Below, piece by piece: positions 49,747 to 60,900 of a DNA stretch of 64,000 nt. How positions within the stretch are numbered: position 1 is the stretch's first letter; the number at the start of each line of letters is the position of its first letter. The position numbers and the translations under genes were made by a program. This DNA comes from Perna viridis (Eukaryota): contig CM074512.1 in assembly GCA_037379345.1 (NCBI GenBank), positions 39,308,001-39,372,000 on the forward strand, in the 5' to 3' direction. The notes beneath the pieces were generated by a model, which saw nothing but the letters and a program-made list of their open reading frames with translations, made no database searches and had not been told where the DNA came from.

Positions 49747-52700
49747 CTACAATTTTGCAAGGCCAAAGAAAGTTGTTCGGCGGTCCCTTGAAACGAGATC
49801 GATATTTGACACCTGGACATATAAATTATCACCAGCATTGAGTTTAAAAACACCGGAAGTATGGCTCGTGTAGTCGCCATACAGCTTATTTTCTGCCCAA
49901 CACTGGGTGCGTACACTTTTTAAGAGCATTTCCGTTCCGTCATTTGGATATTTTATATTCCATCGATAAACATAGTGATAGAGAGTTTGTGAAATGTTCG
50001 TATTCGCATGTCCTTTGTACAGATTGGTAAACAAAATTTGGCTGTAAATATGGTAGCTACCCGAACTAGTTATTATCATACGACTATTTTTTACCTCTAC
50101 TCCAGTAGCATGTGCAAGATCACCATCTCTTATCCAGTTCTTCAACGTATAGGGGGTTTCACCTGAAAGAAGAATAGTGATGTTACATAAAACGTCGGTT
50201 ACAATTTAAATTTATTTAAATCAGACCTTAAAACAGAATTAAAAACATAACTAATGCTGAATTTGTATCTCATGCCAGTTATTCGAAAGTCAAGATGAGA
50301 CCGACAAAAAACTCAAAATAGGTATCTCTTGCTATCTATTGTATTCAAAATCTTCATCCGTGTTGAAGCTGCTAATTAATTAATAATCAAACTAATAAGT
50401 GCAAAATGACATTATATATGTTTTTAAATACACAAAATGTGGTAAAGTTGGAGTTGCGAATACAAAATATAAACTTTGTAATTGCACATGTAAACAGAAG
50501 AATGTAAAAGGTCGGGTTCTCATATATCATTAGAATTTGTGTAAACTACATATATTATGTATAAGTGCTTCTTATTTTTCTATTGTAGTGTCAATATCAT
50601 TGTTCTTTTTTTTTTTCCAAAGTTGAAAACACTGTATAATGTAACATTACATGAAATTTCAAAACCGCTTCGAAAAGTTAAGAACATACAAAAGTGTGAC
50701 TGTTTGGAGGACATGTTGATATTAATTTACCAACACGTTTTAAAGCGGGTTATATTCTTTCTCTTCAAAAAAAAAATTCACAGTTTCAGATAGTTCTGTA
50801 AGAAGTATAAAACCGAGAGCGCAAACGTAATGAAGTCTGTAAACAAAACATTACGGGGAACAACAAAAGAACAACAGTTGAAGAACAAAGCGCACGTAGA
50901 CACAGAAAAAGAACAGCACGAACCCAATTTATGATTTTGGGTTTGTGCAGGGGAAAATGAGCAGTTTCGCTTCCTAGTCTCCCGCAAACATGTTATTCGT
51001 GAAAATATCATATTCGTGTATAAATATATGATAAAAAATGCTTGAATTAAATCAGGTGGTAATATTAGGTATTCTAGCAACCATCAATGATGATGGATTG
51101 TTATTTGAAATGTATCAAAATTTGAAAGTCCATGTAAAGCACGTAAATCGTGTTTAAATGAACTCACCGTTTGATCTATTCTGTAATCCAGCGACCAAAT
51201 GAGCAGCAACACGGGGACCAGTGTTCTGTGTGTCGCCAGAGTTACCATTTGTCGAATTGCACGTACATCCTAGAAATGAATTGATAGAAAATGCATCGTT
51301 ATATTTATGTAATCAATTCCCTTTATGTGTGTACGAGGATGCTCCTCACAGCTGAATAACTGAAATAAAATGTAATACTGATGATACCTAAGCAATAAGA
51401 TTTATCATGAAATGAAAGCTAACCTTAGACATAATTGAAATAGTTCATAATAAGACAAAGGTGGTTCAGGTAATTTAAATACTGATAATTCTCTTCATTT
51501 AATTGGCCGATCAATTTTTTGCGAATCCGAATATTTAAATGAAGGCCTGTTTAGAAATTTGATTTACCTTCTGCTTGGTAAAGTTTCTCTCTTCGTTTAA
51601 ACAACTACAAAATAATATATCAAATTAAGAAATTATATACGTATAGCTAGTTAAACGAACCAGGCACGATTTGATTCACTAAAGGAAATTCAGAAATCTT
51701 ACTGCCGTATCTTAAGCTTTGTACGATGGCAAAAAAAGATGACAAAGAATGCATTAATTTATAATTAAAACGGAAAATACATTTTTTCAGCAAATCATTG
51801 TTGTAATGGACTTATTCTTTCTTATTTTGAATAGAGTTCTGAAACTCTTAAACAACCGTCAGATCACGTGGTATCATCCTTGCAACAGATCAGAGTTTTA
51901 AGTTAAAATAAAAAAAAACAAATATTCTTGTTTTAAGCAAGTTAATACAAATGTGAAGACTCGCAAAACATGTATGTGTATGCCCTGGTAGTGTAAACTT
52001 AGATTACAACAATTTAAAAGCTAGACACAATATTTATATTTGGACCATCGTTTTATTCCAAATTGCGTCAATGATTATTGTTAGAACATACAACGTATAT
52101 TCAGATCTGTATTAATATCCAGTTATCAAAACAAGAATTGCCAAGCGTACAAAATGAGTTGTTAATGACTCAATATATAACAAATACAAGTCTGCAAGTT
52201 GTCAATTTGTCTTAAAGCCACGATCTGAACGCTTTCAAATTGAGAATAAACTGGAATGATCAAGCATTTTTATAATTGTATAAAGTCGTTCATTTATCTA
52301 CACTTTTTACAAACATGACTATCGTCCTTTGTAGGACTCCGACGGTATCATATTAATAAACATATCTTATTAATTCTTTTTGTGAAATAACTTACCAGAT
52401 TCATTAAAATTGAATTCTGGGTCTCCCCTTTTGCACAACATATTGTCTCCCCTTTCTCTGTTGTATGAATAAGTAACTTTAGGTCCAAGTTATCTTCCTC
52501 CAAAGGCCCTAGACGAAGGTCATTGCAGGGTAAGCAGAATGTATTAGAAGTATGCCGTTGATGTTCTTTTTCCTTATCAAGCTCTTTCTTCAAAGAATTC
52601 ACTCGAATAAATGATGCTATCGACAGAGCTATCGGAATACAGTAAATAAGGAATGATACAATAATAATTATCATTTTGAATATGTTAGGTTTCTTCTCTT

Positions 52701-52992
52701 TGGTGGATGGAAGGAAACCGACGTTACTTCCTGAAGATCCAGATGGATTACTACAGTTACTTTCATTTGTTTTTATACTACCTGTACCACTGGCAGAGCT
52801 GTCTTCAGATTTCGTCCTTAAACTTATTTGATGATATTCACTTGCTAAACTTGTTAGATTGCTTCCCATTTTATCAGTTTCTTCTCCTGGATAAACAAAC
52901 ACATTAGAAAATTGGTTTGCATAAAATTTTCCAGAGGTGTTATGTTCGACACTTCCGTTCACTGCTAAGTTATATGATATAGGTCTTTCCAT
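49747..52992 (-). CDS. TNFSF10: TRAIL/TNFSF10-like TNF-superfamily ligand (copy 7), ~383 aa
   Basis: Exons 52992-52396, 51604-51568 (37 nt), 51269-51168 and 50162-49747 join in frame (1152 nt). TM IIIIVSFLIYCIPIALSIASFI. GPRVAAHL, GSYHIYSQI, YHYVYR, LLKSVRTQCWAENKLYGDYT, GVFKLNAGDNLYVQVSN and TFFGLAKL parallel TRAIL motifs (RVAAHI, LLMKSARNSCWSKDAEYGLYS). The symbol means '-like'; orthology is not shown. Confidence 0.92.
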
Positions 52993-55061
52993 ACCGCATG
53001 AGCTTTCGTTCAGCCTCTACAATGACAAAAAAGTAAGATAATCAAATTATTGTTAATTCACTAGTATTCTTAAAAGTATTCAATATTGAACTTAAACAAA
53101 AAGTTACCCAATGTCCTAATATTTTTGTTGATTGACAGTAAAATTATAATCATTGCAATTGATTGTTTGCAATACGACTGCAGATAGTCTACTATACCAT
53201 ATGCATTCTCTATCAACCATTATATAATATAAAATTTCATACACAGAGTGGTATACCTTTACTTTAATCTAAATATATAAAACTTCCTAGTTACGATAAC
53301 CATACCGAGAAAACCTATCATTTTCTTAAAAGAATATTTTATCTATTAATTTAATATACTATAAAGATACTGCGGTATTTAAACTCATGCAGGAAGTTTG
53401 TAAGCAACAGAAAATACCCATTAGCAGTGAGTCCCATTTAATGCTAAGTATAGATCATCTAAAAAAACATTTTGACTGTTTGAGTAAAAATATATAACAT
53501 TCGTTTTAGTGTACCATGAACGACGAAATAAAATGTGTAGGTTGTATTTCAAACTTATTCGCTTTTATTTTTATCAGTACAAATTTGTTCTTAAACTTAC
53601 TCATGTTGACAGTGACTTTCAGTGAATATTTCCATTACTTTCATTACTTTCATTACCTTGACAAGCAAAGTAGGGACTTCGATGGCTTCGTTTTTTCTTC
53701 TTTTTTCTTTTTTTTTGCCGTCCTATATCCTGAAAGTCAACTTAATTAAAACAAAATCTGACCTATTTCATTTTATTTCTTTTCTGAAGTGAATTGAATC
53801 ATTGCACTCAAGTATTTTATTACCAAATATAAATGTACATATATACATAGTAAACAACACAAATTAAAAAAAAGCCCGAATAGTACATAAATGAAGGTCC
53901 CGGTTAATTCATTTTGATAGCTTTGAAGGTTCAAAACATAAGTGCAAATACCCCATACAGAGAATTGACAAGGTCCTTGATACAGATATCCAACTGACAG
54001 AGAAGTGTTCAATACCACTTATGAAAAACCTTCACAAGTAGACCAGGGAATTTAAAGGGCTGACAAAAAGAAAACAAAGTGGAAAATGCAATGCAATGAT
54101 CAGATAAACCTTTAGTTCAATTAGCTGATATAATATATATATATAAACAAACTGAGAAGGTAAGAAGGTAAGGGACAAGGCCGCTGCAAACAAAGGTATC
54201 ACACACTGCCTGGAACAAAATATCAACAGCAACACTAAGAGTGACAAAGAATAACATCTTCAATGCAAAAAAGTCTGAAAGCACTAATACTATAAATCTC
54301 GGTATTATGATTGTTGTCCCGTTATCAACAATAATAAATTAGTATCTGTACATGACTAAATCTGCGATGGAGACAGTCTATAGTAGAACTGTTAGACCGG
54401 GAGACATAAAGCTACGATCCGATATGGACTAAAAGATAACATGGCATATGATATGCCTATTATTAAATCAACTAGGAAGTAGAACAAGATACAATGTTTG
54501 TAAATGGAGCATGGACCTTTGATATTTGTTGTTATTTTTGGAAACATTCACATGATTCATATGATTTAAATGTTTCCCCTTTTTGTCTAAACTTAAACTT
54601 AAATAAACACAAAATGCATTGAGTCGATATATAGCTAATGTATTTACGTTTTACTTAAGAACATAGGGAACTTTTATCCTGTTTTTATATTCAATTGTAC
54701 GAGACCAAACATGTTCGGTCCTTCTTATTTTTTAGAGATAAGCAAATATTCGTTCCTGGATGAATTCGGTTGAACTTTGAAGGGTTTCAATGTCTTGTAT
54801 AATGTGGGTGAAATAGGCTTTGTAATCGTTTTTGTCAATATTCCTTTGGTCTTTTGATAGCACCTTACACGGAAGATTGGCAATCTGATCATTTAGCAAT
54901 CCCGTAACCATTAAATCACCAAGATTTGAAAGGCTACTCTTGCAAGAGCTATCTCCTATTTGAGAGAGGTCATCTACGATAAGTTAAACGACGCAGATTT
55001 GAGGCACTCATTTGTTTGCAAGTATTTAAAATTTCAGCATTTCAAACTGTGTCAAAAATTT

Positions 55062-55065
<4 letters not shown>

Positions 55066-55113
<48 letters not shown>
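55066..55113. repeat. (TA)n microsatellite
   Basis: Read directly from the sequence. Confidence 0.95.
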
Positions 55114-55115
<2 letters not shown>

Positions 55116-57480
55116 CTTTCGTGCTTACTATAGGATAGTTGTCAATATACACTACCACGAGAAAAATCAAACCCTGACTCGCGAAAGTGTGCAGTGACCA
55201 TAAACTTCCAACGAAAGGGTCTTAAACAATTATAAATGGATATTGTTAGTAAACCCTCATATGAAATTGTATAAAGAGAGTGCATCTCTGAATACGATTT
55301 CCATTTTGTTAATATAAAAAGCAAAATATTAAAATGAGATTCTTACTTCATACTTTAAACGGAAGTCACATATCAATATGTATATTATTAAGATGTCTGT
55401 TTTCAGAATCTCTGAAATCTCACGTTCAATTTATTATTTTTCCCTTCTCAAAATTCCATGAGTAACTTACTTTAAAAAGGTTGTACTTTTATTATGCCAG
55501 AAAAAAAAATAAAACCTGTCTGTACATTTTATTACTTGTACAACTTTTAAACTCTTTTTAGTCGTCTAATATTGGGAGAGGAAGGGGGAAAATCAACTGT
55601 GCAAGACTAATTTTTACAGCTGTCGTTATGTCTGTGAAAAGTTAAAAAAGGATTTAAACGTTACAGCTTCACTTCTTATGCTATTTACATACATAGTTGT
55701 AACGAAATACGAAATAATTTGTCTTATGTTTGATAAGTGTGACTATACTGTAATGACCTAATCTAAATTAATTAATTAATTAATTAATTAATAAAGTGTC
55801 ATTAAAAGAGGAAAAGTCCGCTGACATAAACATAATCAAAGACAAGATTAACACATACGACTCGAGGGTATCTAGAAATATGAAAAGAAAAAACAGCACT
55901 AAGCACGACCCATTAAACTGAAAACTTGTGGTAAACTCAGGTATTCCAGAGGCTACAGAGAGAGAGTCCCTGATTTTCGGAAGCAACAGCCGTAATACTT
56001 ACAGAAAGTCATGTCTAGTGTGAAATTGACAGATACAAGTTGTCTCTTATGTTGGAAACGCATATGTTCTACGGTTATTTTTTTATATGAGATCAATGTG
56101 TGTCAGTATAGTAGGATAATATTTTGGCAACTAAACAAGGGCAATTTTTTGACAGGTTTAAGTTAAATCTGATATAAAATTCTAAATATTACAAAATGAC
56201 TGGATACATTTTGATGTGCATCTTTTATAGAGATTTTTTTGTGTGCCAGGTATTTTACTTAATCAATTAAGGTGACTTTCAAAGACCTACAATATTTTGT
56301 TTGTAGATCTACCTAATTTTAGGCACAGGATTCCGCCTTCCGCTTTAGGTAAGATTTATAACTAAACAATTTCTAATTATGTTCAATCGATCGTCATACA
56401 GCTATTGAAAAAGAAGTAGGAAAACGACACTACCAAATTGCAGAAATCATTCTCATAATTTGACTTCTATCACAAAAAAAGGATGCTATATTTTTGTTTT
56501 TTGTAACTTTAACACTTTCCTTTCAAATGACTGAATATTTGTGTTCTCTTTTATTCAATTGACCATTTGTGTTAAATAATATTTCAGAAGCACAAGCATA
56601 TTTTGATTTTTATCAAAGCTTCTACTCTTTGCTAACTATTGCGGCTACCATAACAGCAAGTTTTTATATATCCCTCGTACCTTACACAAGATGAAATGGG
56701 ACAAGTTTTGGTTGCCCATTTCCTAGCGTAATTGCTCCAAATATCTCCGGTCCTGGCTAAAAAACATATTGAAAACAACCTCCAACTGTCAACGATATTC
56801 TTCAATATCTTCAGTAATCTACGTAGTGAAACGTTCGTGCTGCTACTGTGTTCGGATTTTTGCTATGTTTGTCTTGACGTTTGTTGCCATCGGCTTTGAT
56901 TTATCTGTTGATTTTCGCCGTACGATAGTCATACTTTATCCACCAGCTATTCCATCGGGTACATTTCTTCCATATCTATATTTCACATCGAAACTCTCAA
57001 TTAAGAAACCACACTTACTAAAGTTTGTATTACATGTTACGAAATCAATTTATTGTATCATTTGCAATTAGTGTCTTGATGAATAAAGTAACACTTCAAT
57101 AATCATTTGTGCTGAATTATTTCCGATTCCTAATTTTCCTTGAACCATGCTCCAATCCCACATAACCAACTACTTCTTACACCAGTGTAAACAAAGTTTA
57201 CCCAGTTCAGTAACCGTAAATGTAGAACAGAATTCTAAGCTGAAACTTGTCGCATATGTGAACCAAAATTTTATAATAATTTTGACAGTAATTTAAGAAA
57301 CACTCGTTTTGTATAGTTGTATCTGATAAATAACGAAGTCGTTTTCACTCGATACGATTTTATTCACACAGTAAAAAAAACAACAACAGTTCAGTAATAG
57401 CACCAAAATATTTGCAAAACAAAGAATACCTTTATATTCATCTTTATTGACCCATATATATGTTCTGGGTATTCAAAACC

Positions 57481-57482
<2 letters not shown>

Positions 57483-57542
<60 letters not shown>
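57483..57542. repeat. (TA)n microsatellite
   Basis: Read directly; it produces the spurious YIYIYI ORFs. Confidence 0.95.
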
Positions 57543-57545
<3 letters not shown>

Positions 57546-57850
57546 GGGTATGTTGGTCGTTCCTTACGCGGGACTCGAACTCGTACCGCTGTGACATATA
57601 TGGCAACACCGCCTGCAGTAAGTCCAGCGCCCTAGACCACTTGCCAGCTAGGCTATATAAAAATAGATGTCACAGCGCTACGAGTTCGAGTGCCGCGGAA
57701 GGGACGACCAAAAATATGCTTCGCAAAATTGACAGTTCTAACATCGTTGGGAATTTTTCAGACCCTTCCTTAAGTTTACGTTATCTTCCCTTTATCAATT
57801 TGATCCGATGGAGCAGTTTAGCGAATAGAGTCGTCATATTCTGAGACGTT
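57543..57850. mobile_element. Second copy of the tRNA-core foldback element, embedded in TA runs just 3' of the filamin stop
   Basis: Core 57555-57665 matches 41407-41518. 57665-57765 is an inverted partial copy, and 57783-57850 is the reverse complement of 41268-41336. Confidence 0.75.
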
Positions 57851-57994
57851 GTATATATATATATCTGTATATATTTAGTTTTTTTTACTTAAAGATCACA
57901 AAACTGTTACACTTAAACAAACAACGAAAATGTTCTACATTAATTATTGCAAAAGTACAATCAACACATTTCTCTTACATACTCATTCATTTAA

Positions 57995-60900
57995 TCAAAT
58001 TTCTTCTCTCCAGGGTGCTTCCATTGTAGCTCTTGGATTGATATTTATTCCTTTTTCTGCTTTAATGTATTTGATCAAGTCTTCCTTTGATTCGAATATG
58101 TGCACATTGAAGGGACTACCTCGAACATTATGGCCAGACCATTTTACTGTGATTACATATACCCCTGGTTCCTGAGGGTCGTACTGACAAAGTATTGTCC
58201 TATCGTTATGCTGTTCACGCTCCATGTCCACTTTAAAGGCTCCTGTAAAAGATTATTTCTGGATTTGTATAAAATGTTCATTGCTTATAATATCTATTAT
58301 AGCCTTATTAATGTTTTATTTAATAATTTATTAATATGTAATTATTCGCTTTTTTACCCATTATTTATTGGAATGTTTACTCAGAACACAGAACAAGTTT
58401 ATAAAAGAACAAAAATTCTGCTTAATATGTCATTACCTGATAATCTCATTGTTGTAAATGAAATCCATGTATGTTTTTGTATGTCAATGTTGTCATTTTT
58501 AAACATGTTCCACAGTTTTTGTAACTACTAATGTTTTCATCTACACTATCTATTCATTGCAAAAATCATTTATATTACATCATCAATGAATAACTATTTT
58601 TTTTACATAACTGAACAATATCGATATCGTATATACCTGGTAATATTTAATTCAAAAATAATAACATGAACTGAACACAAATCCAAAGATCATATTTGAT
58701 TACAAAAGACATTTTCTTTCACTTTTTCCTTTACCCTATCTCAAATGTAAGCCAATACTTTCCAACGCCGTTCTCCGAACCAATTTCTACTTATTTTTTT
58801 AGATATATTTATGATATCCTGGGTGGAAGAATAAAAAAAAAGGTTTCGTCCAGATTAGTTTACTTTTAAACGTCTAACATAATGCTTAATCATTACAAGA
58901 TTAGCATACCTCGGGGTCCTCGTATTCTGACAGCTAGTTGACCTGCACCGGCCCCTGATGTTTCCACGAGAAATCTACTTTGATATGAATGAATTAAACC
59001 ATCTTCTATTCCAGGGCCATATACACGAACTTTTCTTGGATCTGGTGGTTCTCCAACAGGGACTTTGAAGGGACTGCCTAGAAAGGTTTTATGATAAAAT
59101 AATTGTTATATCAAACAAGAGGTAGTGAAAAATGAAGCAAAATAATTGTTGTGTGTTGACTATATCCAATACACTAGAATCAAAGAGCAAGTGATCATAC
59201 CTAATGAATAAAAAGTTAGGTAAGCAGCAATATACAATCATATAGATCACCAAATAGCAAAATTAATTAGCTATGACCAGTACCTGGCACATGTTCATGG
59301 TCATATGTTATTGTTAACGTGTGATATGCAGCCTCAGTAGGGAATAATCTGATGAGGTAACTTCCGTTCTTCTGATCTATGACATCACAACGTGTTGTAT
59401 GAACTTGACCCTGACAAGATGTTGTTAGTTCACCTGAAATTCAAATTGAAGTTTTGTTAGATAGAAACATTTTTTTATAAGGCAACACTATTTGAAATAT
59501 CAGTAAATAACTTATTTTTTTGTTCTAACTACTAGGTAGAGAATAAAATTAAGAGAAACGAATTAAGAATAATCAGATGCAGTGTTTATTTGAAGTCTTC
59601 AGTAAAAGGGGAATAACTCTAAATTTCTTTACCAAACTATCTGGAAGACCTTTGAACAAGAGAACATACCTTGACCAGCCTCTTTAGTGTCAACTGTAAT
59701 ACGTAACTCTTGACCAACATATCCTCCTTTCAGACCCGGTCCAGACACTTTGACCTTATCCCCAGCACCTTTTGTATTAGCAGTTACTTTATATGGGGTA
59801 CCACCAATGAGTTTGTCGGACCAATATACGTAAATTAAGTAACCACCTAAAAAAAGCACAAACAATAACATTTGAACAAAATATTAATTATAGGTAGTCT
59901 AAATCAAACAAAGGAAGTGTTTTAATGTTGAGCTGACAAATACTTAAGTTTCGATCGAAATGGACACAATAATTAGGATAAAAGACGGCAGACAAAGATC
60001 AAGAGAAACAAACAAAATTTACACTCAGAAATACACCACAGGGGTTAACTTCAGTAGCCTGAGCATGCACCGTTTCTTTAAAGGTAGTGGAGAACATCAA
60101 TGAGGTTTAGTCACACTGAAAACAAACGCTCCATGTCTGTCAATCAGAGTTATAGTTAACAATTCATTAAGCTTACCTGGAAAGGGAGTGGTATATGAAC
60201 AACGATAACGGTCATACTTCAATGGGGTCAACATCTGAGTAGGGTCTTGTTTGACGCCTTTCACTATAACTTTTGGAACACCTGTTTGAGAAGAAAAAAC
60301 ATTAATTTCAAAACAAAAAGTAAAAGACAAGATAGTGGAAGTAGTTCTTCCAGGAATTTGAATGTTCCTGGGTTTATACAATATTGTCAAGTAGTAAAAT
60401 AGTCGAACTAAGAAAATATGTGGTCTTGATTAATTGTTAGTTATAATCTAAAGTATCGCATACGAGTGTCAAGTACATATAAATAACAAAAATGTAATAA
60501 AATGAAACTTACCATCATGTCAGATATTGAAACTCATTTTTTAGAATAAACTTATTACACATTATACGCAATAATTCTTTTTAAAAGACGAAATAAAGAT
60601 CAGTCCTTTGTGCAACAAACTCAGGCACGTTTTACCGATACTTGTATTAATAATATAGATTACTTCCATACTCAAAACCAGTCAAATACTAGCACCTGCG
60701 TATTGAATATAGTCTCAAAGCGATAAACTTTTCATTAGTTTTGTAGCACTCAGTCCCATTCTTAGTTTACCTGGACCAGCTTTCTTCCCATTGATAAGAA
60801 ACTCGGCAGGAACTGTCGCCCTTGCCTCCCTTAGTCCACTACCTGATAGCACAACCTTTGTGTGGTCTACTGGCAGTATTGGACCTGGACAATATGCTAG

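Noticed and set aside
2045-57071. The many 60-140 aa ORFs rich in F/I/L/Y/C on both strands
   Set aside because: Expected by chance in AT-rich non-coding DNA. They show no recognisable motifs, and many start at TTG/GTG or overlap repeats.
57391-57635. YIYIYI-repeat proteins
   Set aside because: Translation of a (TA)n microsatellite.
2618-58531. Plus-strand ORFs antisense to real exons (2618-2959, 11244-11447, 12607-12801, 37852-38079, 52707-52907, 58100-58531)
   Set aside because: Shadow frames of the minus-strand coding exons; not conserved between paralogues.
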